This document shows positions 54,577 through 64,000 of a stretch of DNA of 64,000 nt, one piece after another. The number at the start of each line of letters is the position of its first letter. Position 1 is the stretch's first letter. A model generated the notes under the pieces. The model was not told the DNA's origin. It saw only the letters and a list, made by a program, of their open reading frames with translations, and did not search any database. The stretch comes from Epithemia pelagica (Eukaryota; Protista; Bacillariophyta), in contig OX337231.1 of NCBI GenBank assembly GCA_946965045.2, forward strand, positions 1,364,001 through 1,428,000, in the 5' to 3' direction. The translations under genes were made by a program, and so were the position numbers.

Positions 54577-56883
54577 TTAAAAGAATTGAAGGATGGCACC
54601 CAGTACCACCAGGCCACCGGACAACCAGGCATAGTATTGTTTCCATTGGATGGCTTCTTGTTGCTGTTCTTGGACTTGTCGCATTTCTTGTAATGTTTGT
54701 TGCAATTGTTGTTGTAAGTTCTCTCGTTCTTGTTTGGCTTGTTCATTCCCCTGCAATACTTGTTGTTGTAACTGCCCTCGTTCCACCCGACCGGCTTCCT
54801 GGGCGTTTCGTATTTCGTCTTGCAAGGCTTGCTTTTCCTGGTTCAGTCGATGTTGTTGTTGTTGATACTGTTTCAATTGTTCGGATTGTTGTTGTTGTAA
54901 CTGCGCTCGTTCTGTCTGACTTGTTTCCTGAGCCTTTCGCATTTCCTCTTGTAAGTTGTGCTTTTCTTGAACGAGCAGCGCTTGTTGTTGTCGATGCTGT
55001 TCCAATTGATCCGAAACTTGTTGTTGCAATTTCGTTCGTTCCGTCTGACCGGTTTCCCGAACCGTTTGCATTTCGTCGTTCAAGCCTTTCTTTTCCTGAG
55101 CCAGTCGAGCTTGCTCTTTTCGAAGCTGTTCCAATTGTTCCACCAAGGCTTGTTGTGCCTCTTGTTGCCGTTTTCGCTCTTGTGCTTGTTGTTCTTCCAC
55201 CTTTTGTTTCAACAACAATTCACTTCGGTCCATTTCCCGTTGGGTTGTCACGGCCAATTCCTTGAGCCAGGCTCCAATTTTGGTGGGCGTTGTGAAATTG
55301 CAATCGGCCATGTCATCCAACAAGGTCGAGTCGGTCGCATGTCCCAAGGCTGTCACCAGGGGCAATCGGCAATCCAAGGCTGTTTCAGCCAAGTTGGGAT
55401 CGTCAAAGACACCCAAGCCATCCCCACCTCCCCTTACAATGGCAATGACATGGACCGGTTGGCCCTGCTCGTTCACATGCAAGTCCTCCTGGGCCAACAA
55501 TTCTTGCAAGGGACCTGGATGAGAGAGATTCACTCGTTTCCAGGTCAGTTCGTATTGGGTTGCGACATCTGAGCCCAAGGCTTGTTGCACATCTTGATCG
55601 ACAATCGAGGTTTCTCCTGTAATGAAAAGGAGACGAGGGAGTTGGTCCGTCGTCTCGTGTTGGTCCTTGTCGTCTTGCGCATGTCCATGTCGTCGTGTCA
55701 AGAGTTTGTGTTTCAAGACATCTTCGACTCCAGTCGTACGAGGTGGTTGGTGTGCCCTTCTACGCAACAGTCGGAGTCGATGTTCTTCTTGAGGGGACAG
55801 AGGTTCCATGGAAGAATCGAAAAGAGCTGCTTGTGTCACTTCAAAGATTAATTGGACCGAACAGTTTTTCGTCACTGCCTTGCGCGTGACAAAGCCTTGG
55901 ACTTGCACCATTTCTCGTGCAGCAGCTCCTGTCAAGGAGGAGGAAGATGGACTGCGCTTGTGTTTTTGTGGACCGCCATCCAAAAAGACTTGAGTGTACA
56001 TGGTTTGAGGAATTTTCAAGGTAAGGACGCAATCGGCATCCGTGGCATCGTAGAGTTGTTCGTAGTAATAGCCCACATAGGATCGTTTGCTGCCAGATGG
56101 TTGTACCAAACCCTGTACCTGTTGCAATTGATGTTCGAGAGGTCCTTCCAAACGCAAAGAATTCTGAAAGAATTCACGAATGGAGCGAGGGGTCAACACT
56201 GGAGCAGCACTTGAAGTTGTTGGAGTGTTGTTGTTGGTTTTTGTATTTCTAACAGCGTCAAGAGCGCTTGAGTCGGGTGGTCTCTCGGATATTCTAGGAG
56301 ATTCCCTACGAGGAGGAGAAGTCGTATCCATAACGGAAAAGGAGGAGGTAGAGAAAAAGGACTCGTCGTCGATCAATGGTATCGAGGAGGAGGCCTTGGG
56401 TGTTGTAGATGTGGATGCCTTTTTCGATGCTTTCTTGGAGGTGACAGTGGATAACGAGACAGAGGATGTCACCCTTGGTGAGAGAATTGAGGTTTCATCA
56501 TCCGAGTTTGTTTCGGGTTTGATTCTTGGTTTGGAAGTGGCAATGGTCGTGGTAGAGGAAGATGCTTTGGGGAGACCATTGGTCGCCGTGTCTGTGGTCG
56601 TCGTCTTTGTCTTGGTCTTTGTCGAGGCTCGTCGGGGTCTCGTCGACTTGGTGGTGGTTGAGGAGAAACGACCCGGGCCACTGACCTTCGTCACGCCAAG
56701 GAAGGAATGGCGAGTACCATCAATTCTTGGAGGAACGTTTGAGTGTTGTGGTTGTGGATGCCAAATTGTGGATCTTCCAGAGGGTGTCTTTGGAACCAAT
56801 CTGGGAATTGAAGTCGCAGAAGGAAGGATTCTCTTCATGATTGCAACTCCAAGGATTTTCTGTTGTCGACAGGCCAAAGCCAT
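54577..56883 (-). CDS. xseA: Exonuclease VII large-subunit (XseA)-like protein with N-terminal presequence, coiled-coil repeats and C-terminal TM
   Basis: VIAIVRGGGDGLGVFDD...LPLVTALGHATDSTLLDDMADCNFTTPT matches the XseA catalytic signature (RGGG...F-N/D...P-x-x-S/T-A-x-GH-x-x-D...AD...TPS/T). It is preceded by an OB-fold-like segment (GYYYEQLYD...LTLKIP...VQVQGFV). Confidence 0.85.
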   Translation of the reverse strand: MALACRQQKILGVAIMKRILPSATSIPRLVPKTPSGRSTIWHPQPQHSNVPPRIDGTRHSFLGVTKVSGPGRFSSTTTKSTRPRRASTKTKTKTTTTDTATNGLPKASSSTTTIATSKPRIKPETNSDDETSILSPRVTSSVSLSTVTSKKASKKASTSTTPKASSSIPLIDDESFFSTSSFSVMDTTSPPRRESPRISERPPDSSALDAVRNTKTNNNTPTTSSAAPVLTPRSIREFFQNSLRLEGPLEHQLQQVQGLVQPSGSKRSYVGYYYEQLYDATDADCVLTLKIPQTMYTQVFLDGGPQKHKRSPSSSSLTGAAAREMVQVQGFVTRKAVTKNCSVQLIFEVTQAALFDSSMEPLSPQEEHRLRLLRRRAHQPPRTTGVEDVLKHKLLTRRHGHAQDDKDQHETTDQLPRLLFITGETSIVDQDVQQALGSDVATQYELTWKRVNLSHPGPLQELLAQEDLHVNEQGQPVHVIAIVRGGGDGLGVFDDPNLAETALDCRLPLVTALGHATDSTLLDDMADCNFTTPTKIGAWLKELAVTTQREMDRSELLLKQKVEEQQAQERKRQQEAQQALVEQLEQLRKEQARLAQEKKGLNDEMQTVRETGQTERTKLQQQVSDQLEQHRQQQALLVQEKHNLQEEMRKAQETSQTERAQLQQQQSEQLKQYQQQQHRLNQEKQALQDEIRNAQEAGRVERGQLQQQVLQGNEQAKQERENLQQQLQQTLQEMRQVQEQQQEAIQWKQYYAWLSGGLVVLGAILQFF

Positions 56884-57280
56884 TGTGGCCTTCAGACATG
56901 GATGGATCTTTTCTCGCGATTTCCGGAGAACCGCGGGGGAGTACAATGATCTGTGATGGCGACGGCCAGACTGGTGATATCTTCGTCGTCATCGTCCATC
57001 AAAATCAAAAGAATCCATCAAAATCCTCGCCATCATAACCACGGTCTCTTGTGTCGTTCGGTCCATCCACGAAGAAACGGTTGGAAAGCCCCTCGTGTGG
57101 TCTTGTGTTGTCCTCGTTGGTCCCCTGGTGCGTGTGTGTGGTGTCGCTTTTCTTGTTTGGTATCTCGTATCTTTGTGTGGGACGGTTCTTCGTTTCTGGC
57201 GCACCCATCACGTGTCCGTTACACACAACATGGGGCAAGAACAACACCCACGACGACGACAAGACTGGACCCATGGTGGT

Positions 57281-58681
57281 ATGGTATCCAAAACGCAATT
57301 CGCTAGGCAGGGGGTTGTCATTCTAGTGACGCTGCTTCCCTTGACGGTTGGATTTGTGATTCCATCATCGACCACCACAATATGTAGAATACCGAGAAGG
57401 ATACTCCCGACCAGGGCATTTTATGACAATCGATACAAAGACACCAACAATCCCTGGGTGCTATATGCAACCAAGAAAAAGAGCAAGAAAAAGAGTGGAC
57501 CCTCCAAACCACAACAACAGGGATTCGGGACGACCCTGAGCAAATCGGGAGGAAGTGGAGGAAAAGGAACGACTCCCACACAACAACCAGGAGACAATGA
57601 CACACAGAACCACAACACGGATGACGATTATGCCGCCTTTCCACGGTTGGATCCAGATGTCCAAGAAACGTTGATTCCATGTCCCTCGTCTATCTTGTTT
57701 GACGAAGCGGGTGTCTTGCCGGACGAAGTCTACGAGCGTCTCACCCATATTTATGGATTGAGTCGATTTAATCAGGAGCTGGAATTCCATAATGGCGCCT
57801 CCACCCTCTTGTTCAGCCTCGTCTCGGAGGATGCAACCTCGGAACTCGGTCTTCCCTTTGCCTTGAACAACGACTCCGAACAGAAGAAGGACGATCCTGC
57901 GGCACCATCCACTCGAAATTTGGCATCCGTCTTGAATCAATTACCGCCTTTTTCCGAATTTCGTGTGTTGCACATGGATCCTCTGGTTTTGGCCATTGAT
58001 GACTTTTTTACCGAGGAGGAATGCGATGCCTACATAGCCATGTCCTTGGAGGAGGGATCGGATCATGTCATGCAAAGTCAATCACCAACCGTGGGCAAGG
58101 ATTCCGCCTCGAGATCGCAACGAACCTCCACAACCTGGTATCATTATTATAGTCACACACCTCAACTCATGGCCAAGGCTACCAAACTTGTGGGATTGCC
58201 AACCTTGCATCAATGGGAAGAACCGCAGACGGTCCGGTATCGCAAAACGGAAAAGTTTACCTGGCATTTGGATGCCTTGGGGCCCAGCGAAAGTCGACCC
58301 ACCAAGGGTGGACAGCGCATTGCCACCTTGTTGGTCTATCTTTCCAACTTGTCCCCCACGGATGGCGGTGCCACCATGTTTCGAGATTTGACGACACCAC
58401 GGGGAGACCGATTGGCCGTCCTTCCGAAAAAGGGGTCGGCCCTCTTGTTTTTTCCGGCCGCCGGTGGCATTCCCAATGCCCCCTTTGACATTCGAACCTT
58501 GCATTGTGGGCAAGCGGTTCAAGCGGATGCCACACACGATAAATGGATTGCTCAATTGTGGCTGTGCGAAAAGGACTATACACCCACGGCACCGGATACC
58601 CAAAATTTACATGCCAAGGCACTGGAAGCCATTACCGAGTATTGTCAACAAAGCAACAGCAACGCTACACCAACAGCCTAG
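57281..58681 (+). CDS. Prolyl 4-hydroxylase-like Fe(II)/2-oxoglutarate dioxygenase, probably plastid-targeted
   Basis: IDDFFTEEEC, RTSTT, EEPQTVRY..FTWHLD (HxD), QRIATLLVYL, GGATMF, TLHCG (H) and DKW (K). Signal peptide ending LTVG|FVIP. Confidence 0.88.
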   Translation: MVSKTQFARQGVVILVTLLPLTVGFVIPSSTTTICRIPRRILPTRAFYDNRYKDTNNPWVLYATKKKSKKKSGPSKPQQQGFGTTLSKSGGSGGKGTTPTQQPGDNDTQNHNTDDDYAAFPRLDPDVQETLIPCPSSILFDEAGVLPDEVYERLTHIYGLSRFNQELEFHNGASTLLFSLVSEDATSELGLPFALNNDSEQKKDDPAAPSTRNLASVLNQLPPFSEFRVLHMDPLVLAIDDFFTEEECDAYIAMSLEEGSDHVMQSQSPTVGKDSASRSQRTSTTWYHYYSHTPQLMAKATKLVGLPTLHQWEEPQTVRYRKTEKFTWHLDALGPSESRPTKGGQRIATLLVYLSNLSPTDGGATMFRDLTTPRGDRLAVLPKKGSALLFFPAAGGIPNAPFDIRTLHCGQAVQADATHDKWIAQLWLCEKDYTPTAPDTQNLHAKALEAITEYCQQSNSNATPTA

Positions 58682-58980
58682 TCCCTCCATTACTTTTGCT
58701 ACAATAAACTGCAATGTTGTCGTATGGAATGTAGCAATGGTGGGCATGCTAGAGCTGTATTAGATGCGTCTTTTCGTTCACTGTGTGCTTGGTTTCAAAC
58801 CAACCGAAAAGAGCAGTGCATCCAAAGCTCGAAGCAACGCATTCGTGTACCCATGACTCAGCAAAACATTCGGCCGGACAAGTGCCCTCAAGTTCCCAGG
58901 GAGGAAGCTCAAAAGGATGGCGCCAGAGTCTTTCCATGTACAATGACACGTTGATCAGCTTGTTTTGCAGTCCCTCTGGT

Positions 58981-60585
58981 TCATAATATCTGCTGTAGCT
59001 GCACACTCTCTTCTTCTTCATCGTTGTCACCCGCGACGTCGTTATCATGGTAAGGAGGAACACCATGTGGATGATCTGCCGGATTCATCTCGTCGCAATC
59101 CACGTCATCTCGATAGGGATATGGACGTGTCGTCGTACTAGTTTCCAATGTCCTCGGACCATTTTCGTCGTGGTTGTTGTTGTTGGTGTGTTCCGCATCC
59201 TCGTTTCCAACATTGACCAGGACAAAGCCGGCCAAAACGGAAAGGGCTCCAAGCGTCGACAAAAAGGTCACGACATGAGATTTTCCCAACCAAAAAATGT
59301 CACTCAAAAAGGCCAAGGGAATGGTCATGCCCAAACCCACAGTCGCCACCGTGGCACTGGTCAACATGACAGCCCGCAACCACAAAAAGTCGGACAAGAC
59401 ATTATCCAACAAACCCTTGACAATGAGGGCACCCAGCACCCACCATGTGGCAAAGACCGTGGAATCACTGCCATTCTCCAATACGACATAGACGGCCACG
59501 GGCGCCAAGGTCGTTCCACTCAACAAGCCAATGTATCCCAAAATCAATTGCATACTGTACAAGGATTCATTGTGGGGACACAACATGCGTGTTTGGACGG
59601 CATATCCACCGTAACCGACGGCTGACAAGAGTCCCAAGACATCACCCCACAAGGCATTGGTCGAATGTCCTTGATCGTCCAAATATCGTTCTTGCAAACA
59701 CCGTCGGATCCAATCATGCCAATGTGGATCGTTGTCATTGATGTCAGTGTTTTGATTTGTGGACGAGGTTGCTGCATCGCTAAAGGCTGTGAAACAGCTG
59801 CCCAGGACGCCCAAGACAACTCCCAACAATTTGAGCCAACCAAATGATTCATCACGAGCCAAGACGGCAAACAAAAAGGTAAACAACGAACCCGTAGATG
59901 CCAAGACAGTGGAAGAGGTAATGGATGTGTGTTGGAGGGAGGCGTTGTAGGTCCAATTGGCAACGAACCAAACGGGTGCAATCCACATGGCGACATGCAG
60001 GTGTTGCCGATGAGTCCAGGGTCGAGTCGGTACGCCAATGACATCCGCATCTTCCTCTTCCTCATCTCCCATGTATTCGTCAAGGGCATTGGTATCGACA
60101 TCATTGGACGGTGGCGACTCTTCCGACGTATGAGAAGAAGAAGACGAGATATTGCGATACACTGGCGTCGTTGAACCATTCGTGGTGACTTCCCTTGATT
60201 CCCTAACGGATGAAAACTCTGGTGTTGCTGCTGGGAAGGAGGAAGATGATGTTCTTCGTCTTCTCCAACACAACTGAAACAATTGACGCCACAGTTGAGC
60301 TGCTTGTTGACGACGTTCTCGTTGGTCCAGAATCCAGGTTGACACAGAATGCGTGGGTAACCAAAGAGTGAAAAGGGACGACCCAATGTACGTCAAGAGA
60401 AAGGGTGAATCAAAGGAAAAATCTGTGTACAGAGACTGCACCAAGATGGAAGAGCCAGCCCATATTAATGCCACGAGGAAGATGAACACCAATCCTTGTA
60501 TGTAGCCAAAGGACCATTGCGGTCTCCATCTACAACATGATCTGGAGGTTTCTGGTCCAACATGGCGTAGTGATTCTGCCGCCAT
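58981..60585 (-). CDS. Drug/metabolite (EamA) transporter, SLC35F5-like
   Basis: GLVFIFLVALIWAGSS...FDSPFLLTYI..SLFT, WFVANWTYNASLQHTSITSSTVLASTGSLFT, GDVLGLLSAVGYG and SDFLWLRAVMLTSATVATVGLGMTIPLA; about 10 TM helices. Confidence 0.88.
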   Translation of the reverse strand: MAAESLRHVGPETSRSCCRWRPQWSFGYIQGLVFIFLVALIWAGSSILVQSLYTDFSFDSPFLLTYIGSSLFTLWLPTHSVSTWILDQRERRQQAAQLWRQLFQLCWRRRRTSSSSFPAATPEFSSVRESREVTTNGSTTPVYRNISSSSSHTSEESPPSNDVDTNALDEYMGDEEEEDADVIGVPTRPWTHRQHLHVAMWIAPVWFVANWTYNASLQHTSITSSTVLASTGSLFTFLFAVLARDESFGWLKLLGVVLGVLGSCFTAFSDAATSSTNQNTDINDNDPHWHDWIRRCLQERYLDDQGHSTNALWGDVLGLLSAVGYGGYAVQTRMLCPHNESLYSMQLILGYIGLLSGTTLAPVAVYVVLENGSDSTVFATWWVLGALIVKGLLDNVLSDFLWLRAVMLTSATVATVGLGMTIPLAFLSDIFWLGKSHVVTFLSTLGALSVLAGFVLVNVGNEDAEHTNNNNHDENGPRTLETSTTTRPYPYRDDVDCDEMNPADHPHGVPPYHDNDVAGDNDEEEESVQLQQIL

Positions 60586-61290
60586 GATGGCTTGCTTCTC
60601 TCTCTCTGGTTTGTTCTTCTGGACTTTTATTGTTGTGGTTCGGTCACGTGTGACCATTTTTTTGTGGTGCGGCGGTAGGACTTTTGGTGGGTGTTGGTGC
60701 GACCACCCCACGAGTAGAGGTGAGCAGAAAGCTATGTCATCTATGAGCCATGACGACAGAAACCACTCCAACGCACCGAAGCCCGATCTAATGAATCTCT
60801 CCAATCTCCAAGAATCTGCGAGAGAAGATGAAGGCTGGGTACGTACTTTTCTTTCTTGCTTGAGATGGATGGATGGAGACGACGACAGTGGAGAACCCTC
60901 TATGACTACGATGATGCTGTAAACGCCTTGTTGGTCATAACACCTTCTACTCGTAGCGTCCACCTTAAACTTGAGAAGATGATGGACCATCTGTGCAAAG
61001 TTAACATTGTTCAAAAGGAAGTTTTCGAAGGATAATGCGTGTATTTAAATTGTAGTAATCTCTCTATGTCTTGAGTACAAAATACAGTGTCCAATCCTAG
61101 TGGGGACATACAGTGTGTGTGTTTAGCAAGAATGCGTTTCTTCCACAAAGCAGTGCGGTTTGATTCAATCAAATGGTGAAAGATCAGCGAAAAAGAGGCG
61201 AGGCAACATGCAAATGCAAGTAGCATATTCAAATGGAATGGTTTCCATGCAGTCGTGAATTGACAGTGCCACTGGCTCACAATGAATGAG

Positions 61291-61797
61291 CTAGTAGGTC
61301 ATGCTTTCGCGCATGGCGTTGGTCAAGTGAGGCAAAATGTCGGGGTCACTCAGCATGGGCAAACAGGACATGGGTCCGTGTTGCTTGTAGGTTTTGAGAA
61401 AGCTCACCACTGCTTCACTCTTGTGTCCTTCTCGTATTATAAGTTCTTCCATGCGTAACACGGTCTCGGGAGACAAGAGACCGTGTGACGTGGGAAAAGA
61501 AGCTTGAGACTCAGAGGAGGCCATGGCCGATCGAGAGAGCGACAGAGATGCTGAATATTCCTTGTCCGCAGATACGGATCTTGTAGGTGGAGAGCATTTC
61601 AACATTTTTTGGGCCACCATCTCCGGTGTCTCTGTTGTGGGCATGTTTGTGGGAGCATATTTCACACTCATGGTCCGGCGCTTCGCCGCAGCGTTCGACG
61701 CGCTGGTTCCCAACGTCCAACCCACTACCAACGGACTCGTCATACAGAGCAACGCGACGACCACCGCAAGAACCTTGGACTTCCCTCTTGGCAACAT
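61291..61797 (-). CDS. Small hypothetical protein with signal peptide
   Basis: MLPRGKSKVLAVVVALLCMTSPLVVG|WTLG leader. The C-terminal block HGLLSPETVLRM...FLKTYKQHGPMSCLPMLSDPDILPHLTNAMR looks like a conserved small domain. Family not named. Confidence 0.6.
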   Translation of the reverse strand: MLPRGKSKVLAVVVALLCMTSPLVVGWTLGTSASNAAAKRRTMSVKYAPTNMPTTETPEMVAQKMLKCSPPTRSVSADKEYSASLSLSRSAMASSESQASFPTSHGLLSPETVLRMEELIIREGHKSEAVVSFLKTYKQHGPMSCLPMLSDPDILPHLTNAMRESMTY

Positions 61798-62707
61798 CGT
61801 TCCCGCGTTGCTCCTGTTGCGCCCGTGCGTAGAGAGTGAATAAGTGGCGATGAAAGGGTTTCTATCCAATTCAGTCTTTCGGATGGTGGTGTATGAGTGG
61901 CTAACAGCGAGTAGGCAGTAGAAAGACTGACTCAGCCAAAGCGACTCCTTGTCACCACGAAAATTTTTTGTACGGAGCACCAAAAACGTACTTTACTATA
62001 ACCGGAGAATCGGGGGATTTGAGTTTGGGTGCAATCTGTGATGTCTGAGTCCCGAATGATCCAACACGAGTCAGCCTCCGGGTCCTCAAAATGAGACGTC
62101 GTGGTTGTTTGGGGGTTTCAACAACGTGGATCAATCCAAAACAGGCTCACGAGGATCGACAATGAGGCTCTCACCAGTCAATTGCGGCGGAAGAGACCAC
62201 ACGAGAGATCAACAGCAACAATTCAACGCATCAAAAGTCTAGACTTTGTTTCGTTTGCAACTTCAGGAACGCAATCGGTGTGGTTTGATACCTTTATTTT
62301 TTTATGGAACAAATTAACACGCAACAAGATGATGCGAGAAAGCAAGTGAAAAAGACGCGACGAGAGTCCAGCTGTTGGACGTGTCGCAGATCTCGGAGTG
62401 CATGCGCACTTGAAGTAAATCATTCGCATCTTGGGCGATTTTTCACTATACATTGAAAAGTAGAACAAAGATTTATTGGCACAGCGATCATATTGTACAC
62501 AATAACGTATAGTGAATGGATAGTATGAAGCAGGAAGTACTTGAGCCTTAACACTAATCGACGTTGCTGTCGTCACCATTTTTCTGACATCTGGGTGACG
62601 TCGGCATGGAAAATGGAAAATGGAAAATCGAGTTGACCTCTTTCGTCTTTATGACACAATCTATCTACCATCTACCATAGAAGCCACACCTTCAGGCAAT
62701 CAACACA

Positions 62708-63358
62708 ATGCGTATCGCAGGTTTTACCGCTGTCGCCTTGTCCTTGGGATATGCTGCGGCATTTTCCGTCCCATCCCCGGCATCAAGCTCCAAGAATGCC
62801 GCGTCCGCTCTCCAAATGGGATTGTTTGACGGTTTCCTTGGACAAGGATCCGGCAAAGATCAATTGGACGAACAATGGGAAGCCCAGCAAGAGATCCTGA
62901 AAACCCGACGCAAACCACGTGAAGAGCGAGATGCATACTTCCGTAAGGTTCAAGAACAGCGTATGGATGCATCGCAGAAACAGAAGGACATGTGGTCATG
63001 GCAAACCAAAAAGTATGGCAAGGGTGAAGATCCAATCAACGAATGGCGCAAACAGCGTGAAAAGGGAACCATCTCGGACCTGGACAACCAATACGGAGAC
63101 CCGAAGAAAGTTGGAGGTATTCCTCTTCCAATGGCGTCTTTTGGTGTCGGCGGAGAGTTTGGCGTTGGTGGAAAATTTGACAATGGAGGACGATTTGATC
63201 TTCGTTTGCCGTATGCGGAACAAGGATATGTTGACGATGATGCTGACGTAATGGGGAAAATGGCTTCGTTCTTTGGTGGAAACAAGAAGAAAGAGAACAA
63301 ACCTGCTCCCACAGAGGAGAAAGAACCAGAGAAGAAGAAAGGGGGCTGGCCCTGGTAA
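62708..63358 (+). CDS. Hypothetical plastid-targeted protein
   Basis: MRIAGFTAVALSLGYAAA|FSVP (ASAFAP-type), a Ser/Ala-rich transit peptide, then MGLFDG... mature part ending in a KKKGGWPW tail. Confidence 0.75.
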   Translation: MRIAGFTAVALSLGYAAAFSVPSPASSSKNAASALQMGLFDGFLGQGSGKDQLDEQWEAQQEILKTRRKPREERDAYFRKVQEQRMDASQKQKDMWSWQTKKYGKGEDPINEWRKQREKGTISDLDNQYGDPKKVGGIPLPMASFGVGGEFGVGGKFDNGGRFDLRLPYAEQGYVDDDADVMGKMASFFGGNKKKENKPAPTEEKEPEKKKGGWPW

Positions 63359-63412
63359 ATAAATTTTGACTGGGCTCCCAATTGGAAAGATGCGTTGGTG
63401 ACGGGGCAGCTA

Positions 63413-64000
63413 TCACCGTTTCCGTTTGCTTCTGGTCTGCCTCTCGTTTTTTGTAGAATCTGAGGGTATTTCTGCGGTTGATCGCTTCCGGCTCTTGGTA
63501 TTCGCTGGTTGATCAGAAGGTTTAGCACTAGACGAAGACGATGATTTGGTTTTCCAGTTTTTGTCCCGATCAAATACTAGCGTGGTATCGTCCGAGTCTT
63601 TTTCCACAAAACGGTATCCTTCGTCCTGGAAATCTCGAACTTGTTGTAAGGTCGTCGCTTGAATGCGGGCTATATAGCGTGTCATGAGTCCCCTCGCTCG
63701 TTTGGCATAAATGGTGACAACGCGGCCTTGTTCCTGGAAAATGACTTTGACAAAGGTTGCCGGAGCACCTGAGTTGGAAGGTAAAAATTGAGTGGAATCG
63801 ACAGCAGACGAGTATTCATCACTTGCCAGATTCAATAGTATACCCTTTGTGACGGATCCTTGTCCCGGGGACACGCATGTGTCAGGCTCTGCCAATTCTT
63901 CCAGTAGCTGATTCGTCACTGGCGTTCTCCAATATTCGGCAAGTTTGGTCGGTTCTTGTCCTTTCGCTAATGCCTTGGACTTGCTCTTTGTTTCATCTTT
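63413..64000 (-). CDS. yaaA: YaaA / UPF0246 (DUF328) peroxide-stress DNA-binding protein, 5'-partial
   Basis: Frame is open to the window edge: KLAEYWRTPVT...ILLNLASDEYSSAV...VIFQE...VVTIYAKRARGLMTRYI...FQDEGYRF...LVFDR. Confidence 0.88.
   Translation of the reverse strand, partial: KDETKSKSKALAKGQEPTKLAEYWRTPVTNQLLEELAEPDTCVSPGQGSVTKGILLNLASDEYSSAVDSTQFLPSNSGAPATFVKVIFQEQGRVVTIYAKRARGLMTRYIARIQATTLQQVRDFQDEGYRFVEKDSDDTTLVFDRDKNWKTKSSSSSSAKPSDQPANTKSRKRSTAEIPSDSTKNERQTRSKRKR

Noticed and set aside
30877-57281. Repeated head-to-head gene pairs (RING/DGAT2, PIG-S-like/peptidase, MYND/PrimPol, cyclin/GNAT, XseA-like/2OG oxygenase)
   Set aside because: Divergent pairs with short intergenic regions are ordinary in compact algal genomes.
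41639-64000. PrimPol, XseA-like and YaaA as a DNA-repair gene cluster
   Set aside because: They are separated by many unrelated genes in a eukaryotic genome, with no evidence of co-regulation.

Overview
Gene-dense eukaryotic nuclear DNA, most likely from a raphid pennate diatom. This is an inference from short GT-AG introns, signal peptides followed by Phe (ASAFAP-type plastid targeting) and diatom-like gene families. There is no evidence of operons, rRNA, tRNA or CRISPR. The first 24 kb holds two unrelated tyrosine-recombinase (YR) retrotransposons with split direct repeats. The first is the 3' half of a PAT-like element (1-3718: RNase H, methyltransferase-like domain, YR with one in-frame stop, B1-A2-B2). 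The second is a complete Ngaro-like element (14451-23490: A1-gag-pol-YR-B1-A2-B2) inserted in the divergent ARL2 / AEC-transporter intergenic region, and its A2 repeat is split by a 1.1-kb TIR element with a 9-bp target duplication. About 22 host genes fill the rest, including ARL2, GST, RING E3, DGAT2, PrimPol, cyclin L-like, GNAT, PP1, a 2OG oxygenase, an SLC35F-like transporter and YaaA. The best leads are five. (1) An intronless bacterial-type exonuclease VII large-subunit homologue with a mitochondrial-like presequence, three 43-aa coiled-coil repeats and a C-terminal membrane anchor. (2) gag and pol of the Ngaro-like element share one frame, separated by a single TGA-C stop (possible readthrough). 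(3) An identical TTCCCGCCC motif immediately before B2 in both unrelated retroelements. (4) A 7.3-kb segment bracketed by an inverted duplication of two convergent gene ends, an inversion signature. (5) A large protein combining a PIP-like box, two SIMs and a duplicated Tudor-like cassette.
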